Part shown: piece by piece, positions 28,932 through 37,883 of the stretch
How positions within the stretch are numbered: position 1 is the stretch's first letter
How the letters are laid out: every line of letters begins with the position of its first letter
From: an uncultured Dehalococcoidaceae bacterium
Lineage (GTDB): Bacteria; Chloroflexota; Dehalococcoidia; Dehalococcoidales; RBG-16-60-22
Direction: 5' to 3'
Assembly: GCA_964409485.1 (NCBI GenBank)
Contig: CAYPDM010000001.1
Span: forward strand, 1,175 to 65,174
Length of the DNA: 64,000 nucleotides
The notes under the pieces: generated by a model
Database searches by the model: none
The model's input: only the letters and a program-made list of their open reading frames with translations
Told to the model about the DNA's origin: nothing
Position numbers and translations under genes: made by a program

Positions 28932-29951
28932 TTATATAATAAGCATCGCGTCGCCGAAGCTGTAAAAGCGGTAATTCTGCGCTATCGCCTCCTGATACGC
29001 TTTGACGATAAACTTACTGCCGCCGAAGGCCGTAACCAGCATCAGCAGAGTCGACTTCGGGAGGTGAAAGTTCGTGACCATCGCATCGACCGTACGGAAG
29101 CGGTGCCCCGGCAGTATAAACAGGTCCGCCCAGTCCTGAAAAGGCTCGAGGTCTCCGGACCGGCTGACCTGCGCCGCCTGCTCCAGGAGCCTTACCGAGG
29201 TAGTGCCGACGCAGATAATACGGCGCCCCTCCCGCTTTGCCCGCGATAGCTCGTCGGCGGTCTCTTCATCGATGACGCCATATTCTCTATAGATAGTATG
29301 CTCGCGCGGGTTATCTTCAGCGACCGGCCGGAACGTATCCAGTCCCACGTGCAGTGTAACAAACAGACATCTTATGCCCCTCCCCTCGATTTTAGCCAGC
29401 AGCTCCGGCGTGAAGTGCAGGCCGGCCGTCGGCGCGGCTACGCTGCCGACTACCCGGGCATAGATAGTCTGGTATCGCTCCGGGGTTTCCAGCGGCGCAC
29501 GTATGTACGGCGGCAACGGCACTTCGCCCGCCGCCGACAGGAGTGATTCATCGGAGAAACGTATTGTCCTGATGCCGCCCGCCCCTTCACCGATAACCTC
29601 TGATAAAATTCCCACGCTGTTAATTTCTACCTCCGCCCCGATTTTCAGACGGCGGGCGGGCTTTACCAGCGCCTCCCATATATTGCGTTCCGTGCGCCGC
29701 AGCAGCAATATCTCCACTTTGCCGCCGCTGCCGACCCTCCTGCCTTTGAGTCGGGCGGGAATAACGCGGCTGTCATTGAATACCAGGACATCGCCGTCAG
29801 ACAGGTAATCTGTAATCTCAAAGAACCGCCGGTGCTCGATGGAACCTTCCTGCCGGTTCAGCACCATAAGACGGGAGTTGTCTCTCGGTTCGATGGGGGT
29901 CTGGGCGATAAGCCCGGCGGGAAGGGAATAATCAAAATCGCTTGTTTTCAT
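28932..29951 (-). CDS. queA: S-adenosylmethionine:tRNA ribosyltransferase-isomerase
   Basis: ORF 28932..30212. Start moved to ATG 29951 (MKTSDFDYSLPAGLIAQTPIEPRDNSRLMVL...), the canonical QueA N-terminus. The 87-aa upstream extension overlaps a gene on the opposite strand. Confidence 0.85.
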   Translation of the reverse strand: MKTSDFDYSLPAGLIAQTPIEPRDNSRLMVLNRQEGSIEHRRFFEITDYLSDGDVLVFNDSRVIPARLKGRRVGSGGKVEILLLRRTERNIWEALVKPARRLKIGAEVEINSVGILSEVIGEGAGGIRTIRFSDESLLSAAGEVPLPPYIRAPLETPERYQTIYARVVGSVAAPTAGLHFTPELLAKIEGRGIRCLFVTLHVGLDTFRPVAEDNPREHTIYREYGVIDEETADELSRAKREGRRIICVGTTSVRLLEQAAQVSRSGDLEPFQDWADLFILPGHRFRTVDAMVTNFHLPKSTLLMLVTAFGGSKFIVKAYQEAIAQNYRFYSFGDAMLII

Positions 29952-30036
29952 CGGCGTCACACGAATTTTTCCAATACCATGATACCGTGCGAGCGGTGGA
30001 AAGGCAATTATAGCTTCGGGATGGTATAATAGTAAT

Positions 30037-30246
30037 ATGGCAAAGCTCAATACAGATAAATTCGCCGCCTGCCCCCTGGGTCCGCCGGCCTGGCGATACG
30101 AGTGCCGGGAATGCGGCCACAAGTTTAATATGGCGGCGCCGAAGGGTCCTTCCGAGGAGAAAAAACGCGCCTGCCCCAAGTGCCAGAGCAAGGACATCAA
30201 GAGGTTAAACACGGTTAAGTCAGAGGCCTGCCCGCCCGGCGGCTGA
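30037..30246 (+). CDS. small zinc-ribbon protein (FmdB-like CxxC...CxxC)
   Basis: 69 aa. YECRECGHKF...ACPKCQS gives two CxxC pairs. The start codon is uncertain. Confidence 0.45.
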   Translation: MAKLNTDKFAACPLGPPAWRYECRECGHKFNMAAPKGPSEEKKRACPKCQSKDIKRLNTVKSEACPPGG

Positions 30247-30302
30247 TAAGTTTATAAATACCGGGCCGTGAGCCCTATTTTCCCCTCACCTCCCCCATAT
30301 TT

Positions 30303-31988
30303 TTATGGTGAACCTATCCCCCTGTGTCCCCCTTCCCTTGGGTATGGGGAAGTGATAATGAGCGCAGTCTCATTTCCTTCTTTATTCGTCTTGTCCAAGG
30401 TCTGTGTCGGTATTGTCCCCTTGATTTCGACACGCTCTGGATAAACGATTACTTTGACATTGAACCGTTGGAGTATAGTCCTCTGGTGATCCTTCATTGC
30501 TTCTTGCTTTTCACGGGGATCATCACCCTCCCGGTAATCCATCGTTGCCTCTATGGATCTCACTACCATGTCCGTCATCTCGAACCCGTATGTATCCGTG
30601 GGGCCGCGCGTGCCGCCCAAATCTCCGAAGATACCCGAGTCAGTAACGAGAAGCGAGCCCTTATTCAAGACCTCTTTGACCATGTCGATGCGTATACCGA
30701 GATTAATCATATCAGCCAATTCTCCGAGGTTTATGTTATAGTGGCACTTAAGGAGGTCCGATTCTTCCTTCTTCAGTCTTTTGAGCTTTAACTTGTAAGC
30801 GCTTTCACTTACCGCCCCGTCGGCAAAAGCCATGCCCAATCTTTCCTCCTTGGCCCTCACTGCCTCGAGCTTGCTTTCAGTGGCCATGCTCTCAGCCCCG
30901 ATTTCCCTCCTTCTCTCCTCCAGTTCGACAAGGGACCTATTAATACATTCAACCAACTTTCCGGAATCGTTTAATACCTCCTTAACCTTCTCCCATACTC
31001 CCTGCTCCAGCCAGTCCGCCCTGACGTACGGCAATTCACAGCGTTTCTCATCCCGGCTGTTCCGGCTCACGCGACCTCGACAGGCGTAATAGCGATTTTC
31101 ACTGGGTTTCTTACGAATGCACTTCAGGACGTGGCCGCACTCGCCGCAGAAACACATACCCTGAAGTAGCCAGCCCTTCGGGTCTGCCCGCACGCTACGG
31201 GCATTTTCCCGCCTCTGCTGCGCCTGCTGCCAGGTGCTCTCATCGATAATCGCCGGCATCGGTATGCCTATCCGGTGCCGACCTTTGTAACCGGGATGGA
31301 TCAGCATCTCATGTACTTTACTGTAGCGCCATTCGACCCCGTCACGGGTATGCACACTGTCCCTTTTAAGAACAGCTACGATAGAGTTGATACACATCCG
31401 GTTCTTGACATATAGGTCGTAAACGTGTCGGACTATTTCGGCCTCCTCCGGTACCACATTCCACTTCTTTTCTTTCCGCAACCAGTTGTAACCGTAAAGT
31501 GTGCGGCCTCCCGGCCAGATGCCCCCGCTGATAAGATACCGGCGGCTGTCCCTTACCCTCTCGCCGATTCTTCCACGCTCAAACTCGGCAATGACTCCCA
31601 TGATCTGCACCGCAAACTTACCGTAGGGTGTTGATGTGTCGAGTCCCTCCTGGGTGGACACGAACTTGATACCCATCTGTTCCAGGTTATGGAGATGGTT
31701 CAAGAGAAGCCTGAGATTACGGAAAAAGCGGTCCAGCTTGCACACCGCGACAATATTGAAGCTGCACCGACCCGCATCGATAAGTAGCCTCTTCAGCGCG
31801 GGTCTGTCATCAGTACCACCGCTGAAGCCTCCGTCGATGTACTCATCGGCAATCTCCCAGCTCTGACTCTTTGCATAGGCCTTGAGGGCAGCTATCTGGG
31901 CTTCGATTGAGACACCCTCCGTGGCCTGCTCCTGTGAACTTACCCGGGCATAAATAGCCACCCTTTGTTGTTTATTGTCCGTATTCAT
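30303..31988 (-). CDS. large serine recombinase (resolvase N-domain + recombinase domain + zinc ribbon)
   Basis: 561 aa. N-terminal VAIYARVSSQEQ (catalytic Ser), KLDRFFRN, and a central CGECGHVL...YACRG zinc ribbon, followed by a long coiled-coil-like C-terminal half. Confidence 0.85.
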   Translation of the reverse strand: MNTDNKQQRVAIYARVSSQEQATEGVSIEAQIAALKAYAKSQSWEIADEYIDGGFSGGTDDRPALKRLLIDAGRCSFNIVAVCKLDRFFRNLRLLLNHLHNLEQMGIKFVSTQEGLDTSTPYGKFAVQIMGVIAEFERGRIGERVRDSRRYLISGGIWPGGRTLYGYNWLRKEKKWNVVPEEAEIVRHVYDLYVKNRMCINSIVAVLKRDSVHTRDGVEWRYSKVHEMLIHPGYKGRHRIGIPMPAIIDESTWQQAQQRRENARSVRADPKGWLLQGMCFCGECGHVLKCIRKKPSENRYYACRGRVSRNSRDEKRCELPYVRADWLEQGVWEKVKEVLNDSGKLVECINRSLVELEERRREIGAESMATESKLEAVRAKEERLGMAFADGAVSESAYKLKLKRLKKEESDLLKCHYNINLGELADMINLGIRIDMVKEVLNKGSLLVTDSGIFGDLGGTRGPTDTYGFEMTDMVVRSIEATMDYREGDDPREKQEAMKDHQRTILQRFNVKVIVYPERVEIKGTIPTQTLDKTNKEGNETALIITSPYPREGGHRGIGSP

Positions 31989-32018
31989 ATTTCTGACCTC
32001 CCAAATATGGTTTTGTGG

Positions 32019-32447
32019 TTATTGTTGATTAATCTTTTCATTAGACTTATCCAGATAAATGTCCTTTAAACTATATGTGCCGTCTCCCAGATACCTGAAA
32101 TAATCCCTTTTTGAGCCGTAGTATCTCTGTGAGGGGTGGTTAGCCGCACTGGCAATAACATGAGATCCCCAGCTGTTACGCTTCAGAGTGGGGTATCTCT
32201 CCAGAGCGACACCGTAGAGTTGGGCGGCTGAAAACCGGTTCTCGCCGGTCATGATCACCATCTCCCTCGCTGTTTCGAGGACAACATCGAACAATGTTCT
32301 TCCCTTTTCCAGGGAGATGCGCTTCTGTTTCGTGTGTGCCGACTCAAAACTGATGGCGGTTTCCGCCCTGTTTATGGTGATGGTAATTGAGCCTTCATTG
32401 ATCCGAACCACCCCGGATACGGGGATACTGAAAGGTATTTCTTGCAT
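32019..32447 (-). CDS. hypothetical protein upstream of the serine recombinase
   Basis: 142-aa ORF, co-directional with the recombinase gene and 30 nt upstream of it. The C-terminal ...YFRYLGDGTYSLK resembles winged-helix tails. No firm family. Confidence 0.35.
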   Translation of the reverse strand: MQEIPFSIPVSGVVRINEGSITITINRAETAISFESAHTKQKRISLEKGRTLFDVVLETAREMVIMTGENRFSAAQLYGVALERYPTLKRNSWGSHVIASAANHPSQRYYGSKRDYFRYLGDGTYSLKDIYLDKSNEKINQQ

Positions 32448-32707
32448 TTAGCGCCTCCGTTACCTATTTTAAGCCTGCTAACGTATACTGTAATACTACT
32501 ACAGTTAATTGTCAAGTATATAGTAGCATTATGGTGAAATACAGTTAACTTGGACAGGTGGCTAATTTAGCCAGGTGTCTATATTAGCTCGTAGACCGAA
32601 CTCCAGCTTATTTTCCCCTTCTTGATCGCTCTATATTTCTAAGTAGTCCCAAACATTAGCTGCTTCCACAAATATCGTTCTGTGGCTTGCTTTGGAGCGG
32701 GTAGTAG

Positions 32708-33289
32708 CCGATTTCAGCGGAACATGAAGAGGGACTGGCACTGCGGAAGAAGCGGCGGAGAAAAGGCGCTGCGGGAGCAAGAGTCGTGATGCCATCGCCG
32801 CAGCGCACAAACGAGCGCTGGTCCATGGATTTCGTCACCGACAGCATCGTCACCGGGCGTCGCTTCCGCGCCCTGGCGATTATCGATGACTATTCCCGGG
32901 AGTGCCCCGCCATCGAAGTAGATACTTCTCTTGGTGGAGCGCGGGTGGTGCATGTACTGGAGAGACTAGCTGAGAGCAGGGGGCTACCGGAGGTCATAAC
33001 GATGGATAATGGGCCGGAGTTTGCCGGGCGTGCCCTGGACGAATGGGCTTACCGCAAGGGTGTGAAGCTGAATTTCATCAGGCCGGGTAAGCCGATAGAA
33101 AACGCCCTGGCTGAGAGCTTTAACGGCAGGCTCAGGGACGAGTGTTTGAACACGAACTGGTTTATGAATCTGAAACATGCCCGGGAAGTTATCGAAGACT
33201 GGCGAAGGGACTACAACGAGGTCAGACCACATAGCTCGTTGAAAGGAAGTACCCCGAAGGAGTATGCTGAAATAACGGCTGGACTCTAG
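32708..33289 (+). pseudogene. IS3-family transposase OrfB remnant (rve integrase core), 5'-truncated
   Basis: The frame is open only from 32708 (TAG at 32705-07). EEGLALRKKRRRK...ERWSMDFVTD...IIDDYSRECPAIEVD...TMDNGPEF...PGKPIENALAESFNGRLRDECLN...RPHSSL is a typical IS3 OrfB C-terminal two-thirds. There is no OrfA and no OrfB N-terminus. Confidence 0.75.
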
Positions 33290-33555
33290 ACAGTGGTGCT
33301 ACTAATTACGGGGTAAGGTCATATGAGATAAAAAAGACTTTTTGTTCTGGGTACATAGAAGTAGTATATCGATTTCAACTTATAAATGTGCGGGGATGTT
33401 ATTTTATCAATTACGCATCAAACCGCTAATGGTAGGAACCCCAGCACCAGACCCTGTATAATTCACACATGGTAGAGCCGGACCGCCTGGCAAACAATAT
33501 CACGATTTGACAGCTAACCCGACGGTTTGAATGCCTACAACGGTGTATCTAAATT

Positions 33556-34857
33556 TCATATCCTACTCATCATACTTGGTAGCCAAAGACTTATTTGAGG
33601 AAAGGCGATCAGCAGCCCTAAGAAGATTACTAACACGACCAGAAACGGTGCTACACCACGAATAATGTCGGTTACAGGCACACGAAAAGTACCACTCACC
33701 AGAAACAGATTCAGCGCTACTGGTGGTGTAATCAGCGCTATCTCAATGTTAACTGTTACCACTATTCCAAACCACACCGGATCGAAACCCAGGTTCGTGA
33801 TAATAGGAATAAAGAGAGGCATAGTCACCATAAGGATAGCAAGCCCATCCATAATACATCCTAAAATAAGAAGAGCGATGTTTATGCAGATTATTACCAG
33901 CATCGGCGGTAAACCTGAAGAAACGATAATATTACTCAGTTCCTGTGCCAGCCCGGATACTCCCACCACAAAGACAAAAATTGTGGTAGCAATAATCATC
34001 AAGCCAACCATTCCCGTTAATGTTGCCGCCTCAGTCATTGCCCGGCCTAAATTAGCAAGTCGAAAGCGGTAAAACACGATAGCGATAAGCAGGATGATAA
34101 GAACACCCGCTCCACCTGCCTCAGTAGCGGTCACTACTCCAAGGTAAATTCCGCCCAATACACCAACCAGCAAGGCAACTACAGGCCAGACCTTCTTGAG
34201 AGAAACAAGTCTCTCTTTCCAGATAACCGCCGCTGGACGAGGAGCAAGCTCAGGATGTCTCAAGCAAGTTATCATGGTATAAGTCGAAAGCATAATAACC
34301 AAGAGGATGCCGGGAATTATGCCGGCTATGAAGAGTTTACCTATGGATTGCTGTGACAATATTCCATAGACAATCAAAGGAATGCTGGGTGGTATCAGGG
34401 GGCCAAGAACGCCCCCGCTCAATAACGCACCCAGGCTAAATTTTTTATTACAGCCGAGCTTTTCCATCTCCGGTACCGCTACTGTTCCCACAGCAAGTAT
34501 GGTTGTTCCGCTCGCACCCATCGTCGCCGCCATAGCCCCTTCTGCCAAGATGCTAGAGACGACCAGCCCTCCGGGGATACGAGAAAGCCATTTATTTGCC
34601 GTGCTGAAAATATCTCGGCCTATGTCAGTTTCACTGATTATAAAAGCCATCAGTATGAACATTGGGAGTGGGAGCCAATTTAAGCCATGAAACACGGAAA
34701 ACGGGGTCAATCCCAGCTTCACAAGGGGAGCTCCACCTGAGCCAAAAAGGATACCAAATAATGCGCAAAACCCTAGAGCAAAGGCTATTGGTACGCCCAT
34801 GATAATCATGATTAACGATAAAGCAATGAATATGGCACTTACCGCAAGAATATCCAC
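33556..34857 (-). CDS. dctM: TRAP transporter large permease
   Basis: 433-aa polytopic membrane protein directly downstream of DctQ- and DctP-like genes. Length and hydrophobic pattern are typical of DctM. Confidence 0.85.
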   Translation of the reverse strand: MDILAVSAIFIALSLIMIIMGVPIAFALGFCALFGILFGSGGAPLVKLGLTPFSVFHGLNWLPLPMFILMAFIISETDIGRDIFSTANKWLSRIPGGLVVSSILAEGAMAATMGASGTTILAVGTVAVPEMEKLGCNKKFSLGALLSGGVLGPLIPPSIPLIVYGILSQQSIGKLFIAGIIPGILLVIMLSTYTMITCLRHPELAPRPAAVIWKERLVSLKKVWPVVALLVGVLGGIYLGVVTATEAGGAGVLIILLIAIVFYRFRLANLGRAMTEAATLTGMVGLMIIATTIFVFVVGVSGLAQELSNIIVSSGLPPMLVIICINIALLILGCIMDGLAILMVTMPLFIPIITNLGFDPVWFGIVVTVNIEIALITPPVALNLFLVSGTFRVPVTDIIRGVAPFLVVLVIFLGLLIAFPQISLWLPSMMSRI

Positions 34858-34914
34858 AATATTTTCCTAATTATTACCAAGCAGAAATACACGAAGATGC
34901 AAGGATATTTTAAC

Positions 34915-35463
34915 TTATTCTTTAATAGCTTGGTATGTACCTTTTGGCGAGGCAATATGACGCAAGATTTGAGCTAACAATACTACGCAAAGCAAGCTGA
35001 AACCAAATGGGACTATCATCCTTATCGGGAATGTGGGAATTACCCAGGTACCACGGGTGACCTCCCCGGTTTGTAGAGCGCTCCACGCAGTTTCCCAGGT
35101 TTTCCAGGTTAGGACAGCGCAAAAAATTAAACCTATCGTGGGATTGATAACGTTCAGCAAGATTAAACGTAACGTTTCTGGAAGAGAGCGATCCAACAGA
35201 TCAATCCTGAGGTGCCGGCCGAGCTTTTGGGTGTGAGCTATAGCGAAAACGACACACGCCAACATCAAGATAGAATCAATTTCATACGTATATGGATCAG
35301 GATTCCTTAAGACGTATCTCGTGAAAACCCCGTAACCAGTCACAAAAGCCATCAGGGTAATCAAAGCTCCAGCAAAGTACCAGAAGAAATGAACCACGCG
35401 GTCTAGCCATGAACTCAAAACCTGCAATACTCTTTTGGCCCTGTTCAATTTTAGCCCAATCAT
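34915..35463 (-). CDS. dctQ: TRAP transporter small permease
   Basis: 182 aa with four hydrophobic segments, located between dctP and dctM. Confidence 0.7.
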   Translation of the reverse strand: MIGLKLNRAKRVLQVLSSWLDRVVHFFWYFAGALITLMAFVTGYGVFTRYVLRNPDPYTYEIDSILMLACVVFAIAHTQKLGRHLRIDLLDRSLPETLRLILLNVINPTIGLIFCAVLTWKTWETAWSALQTGEVTRGTWVIPTFPIRMIVPFGFSLLCVVLLAQILRHIASPKGTYQAIKE

Positions 35464-35538
35464 TGGTTAATTATTCACTGGAGGAAGCGACAAAGCGGCC
35501 TACGCTTCCTCCAGTTGCGGTTGTGTTAGCAAACCAAG

Positions 35539-36573
35539 TTACTGGTTAGCCTTGCGAGCAGCCTCCTTGATTTTTTCAGCATCCGCGGCTCCAACCTGCT
35601 CATAGAATGCGTCTAAAACTGGCTTGCTTGTCTCAATCCATTTAGCTCTCTCCGCATCAGGCAGGTAATAGACCTGAACGCCAGCTTCTTCCAAACCGGC
35701 TAGCGCATCCTTGGTGTATTGCGAGAAGAACGTCTTCAACTCATCTTCGGTGCGTTGGCATTCTTCAAGTAGTATATCCTGGATATCTTTTGGCATAGAA
35801 TTCCACGTGTCCAGGTTTATGTCGTAATAACCCGAGGTGCCAAACGTGTTAGCGACTGTGATATAGCGAATCGCGTCGTACCATTTGAAATTCCATACCC
35901 CAGTTGGGTTCAGGCCTACACCGGCATCTACCGTTCCTTTCTGCAATGCCGGGTATCCATCGAAAAATGGAAGTGATACAGGTGAGGCTCCAAAGGCTTC
36001 TATGGTTTGTGCCTCGGCTGGATTCGCTACCCATACTAATAAGCCCTTCCAGTCCTCCAGAGTCTTTACGGGTTTTTTTGCGCCACAGTATTCATGTATA
36101 CCGGTAGTCCATACAACAAGTGGCTTGGCATTAAATTTTGTGCCGAGGATATCATTAAAAAGCGATTCGTTTATATTTTTTAAGAACTCTACGTTTGCTT
36201 CCAGGCTATCGACTAAAAAGGGTAACGTAATAGCTGAAAATCGGATGTCGCTGCCAGACAGGTATTCGATCGGGAATTCGGCCATTTGAATAGCTCCCGT
36301 TCTCAGCATTTCCATTTCTTCTTCCATAGTAGCCAGCGTGCCTCCAGGATAGACTTCGATTATATACCTGCCGTTAACTCGTTTGTTGAATCTTTCAGCT
36401 AATTCCTGGGCTTTGACTACAACAGGGTCTAAAGGGGGAAGTCCTGAGGCAAGCTTAATAGTCACCGGCTCGGCTGGAGTTGGAGTTGGCTCAGCGCATC
36501 CGGCCATAAAAAAGGAACTTAGTAATATTATACTAAAAAAGATTGCTAGTCCTAGATATAATCTCCTTTCCAT
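35539..36573 (-). CDS. dctP: TRAP transporter solute-binding protein, lipoprotein form
   Basis: 344 aa. Signal peptide with lipobox FFMAGC followed by AEPTPTPAEP. The body resembles the DctP family (YPGGTLATMEEEMEMLRTGAIQMAEF). Confidence 0.8.
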   Translation of the reverse strand: MERRLYLGLAIFFSIILLSSFFMAGCAEPTPTPAEPVTIKLASGLPPLDPVVVKAQELAERFNKRVNGRYIIEVYPGGTLATMEEEMEMLRTGAIQMAEFPIEYLSGSDIRFSAITLPFLVDSLEANVEFLKNINESLFNDILGTKFNAKPLVVWTTGIHEYCGAKKPVKTLEDWKGLLVWVANPAEAQTIEAFGASPVSLPFFDGYPALQKGTVDAGVGLNPTGVWNFKWYDAIRYITVANTFGTSGYYDINLDTWNSMPKDIQDILLEECQRTEDELKTFFSQYTKDALAGLEEAGVQVYYLPDAERAKWIETSKPVLDAFYEQVGAADAEKIKEAARKANQ

Positions 36574-36796
36574 TTGATACCTCCTTGATTTTCTTATTCT
36601 GTATGTAATCTTTGGTTTAAATAATAGCCTAGAGTTGACTATGGACTACATACACTAGTGATTATAATACCAGCCGTTTTTCATATCTGATACTAGATAA
36701 ACATGATTATATTCCCTCCTTTAATTTTAGTATTTCCACATTTTTGTTTAATAATTGGCTTCATATATTTTCATTGATAATTTCAATGTGATAATA

Positions 36797-36857
36797 ATAC
36801 GTATACGTACTATCATTAAATAAGGTAAATGATATAGGATTGTTTAACAAATGTCAA
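36797..36857 (-). promoter_or_regulatory. promoter-operator cassette A (upstream of dctPQM)
   Basis: Read on the minus strand: TTGACA 36857-36852, 17 nt, TATCAT 36834-36829, 18 nt, GTACGTATACGTAT 36810-36797. The last element contains the perfect palindrome TACGTATACGTA. Confidence 0.6.
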
Positions 36858-36973
36858 CCCCTGCGAAATCGAATTGATAATCTTTCTGCCGTGGAAGTAG
36901 ACCTTCTTCCGTTGCACTACCTGGGAGAAAATAGATACAAGAGTTTAGACCGTATCTAATCTGACAAGTTTGC

Positions 36974-37870
36974 TTAAATAACACCTCTTAACTGGGGGTC
37001 AAGGGCATCCCTCAGTCCATCTCCCACCATATTGAAGGCATATACCATCAACATGATTGCCAGCCCCGGGGCAAAAGAAAGAACGGGATTCGTCAGTAAA
37101 TATTGGCGGCCGTCATTGACCATATTTCCCCAGGTGGGAGTAGGCGCCTGTACCCCGATTCCGAGAAAACTAAGCCCGGCTTCAGCCAATATCGTTGTCC
37201 CCAGCATCATGGTCATCATTACTATTAGCGGTGGAAAACAGTTGGGGGCCAGATGGCGGAACATAATGCGTATGTGACTGGCTCCCATGGAGCGTCCCGC
37301 GAGTATATAATCGTTTTCCTTGACACTCATTACCTGACCGCACATTAACCTGGCGTATATAGGCACCATGGCAAAAGCGAGTGCCATGACGACATTATTC
37401 ATTCCTCCTCCAAGAAGAGACGCGATGAGCAAAGCTAATAATATCATCGGGAAGGCCATCAGCGTATCTATCAGCCTCATAACGACTGCACGTGTCCAAC
37501 CGCCAAAATAGCCCGCAATCAATCCCAGCGCCATTCCGACTATAGCGCTAAGGACAACCACAACCAGGCCGATTAACATAGAAACTCGCGTTCCGTAGAT
37601 AGTCCGGCTAAAAGTATCTCTCCCCAGCGAATCGGTACCCAGCCAGTGAGCTTTTCCGGGTTGAAGCAGCGAGTTGTTCATGTCAATTTTATCCGGGTTA
37701 TAAGGGGCCAGCCACGGGGCGAAAATGGCGGCTATTATAAACAATAGAATGATGACCATCCCAAACACCACCACCCCCCGGTTAAGAAATACCCGGAAAA
37801 AGAGACGTAATTCCTTAGCGTGGCGAACATTTTCGATTGTGGCCGGCCCAAGATTAGCTTCTTCTGACAT
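36974..37870 (-). CDS. ABC transporter permease (DppC/OppC-type)
   Basis: 298 aa, six hydrophobic segments, typical N-terminal extension, and an EAA-loop-like block (LAGRSMGASHIRIMFRHLAPN). Confidence 0.85.
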   Translation of the reverse strand: MSEEANLGPATIENVRHAKELRLFFRVFLNRGVVVFGMVIILLFIIAAIFAPWLAPYNPDKIDMNNSLLQPGKAHWLGTDSLGRDTFSRTIYGTRVSMLIGLVVVVLSAIVGMALGLIAGYFGGWTRAVVMRLIDTLMAFPMILLALLIASLLGGGMNNVVMALAFAMVPIYARLMCGQVMSVKENDYILAGRSMGASHIRIMFRHLAPNCFPPLIVMMTMMLGTTILAEAGLSFLGIGVQAPTPTWGNMVNDGRQYLLTNPVLSFAPGLAIMLMVYAFNMVGDGLRDALDPQLRGVI

Positions 37871-37883
37871 GTCTTATTCCTTA

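Larger units (their letters stand above)
30303..33289. mobile_element. mobile-element junction module: serine recombinase, small ORF and IS3-family remnant
   Basis: A recombinase gene, a 142-aa ORF and a truncated rve-domain transposase are clustered between queA and the TRAP operon. I could not identify the element ends or att sites. Confidence 0.5.

Noticed and set aside
29952-30212. 87-aa N-terminal extension of the queA ORF
   Set aside because: The canonical QueA N-terminus begins at ATG 29951. The extension has no QueA-like sequence and overlaps the zinc-ribbon gene on the opposite strand.
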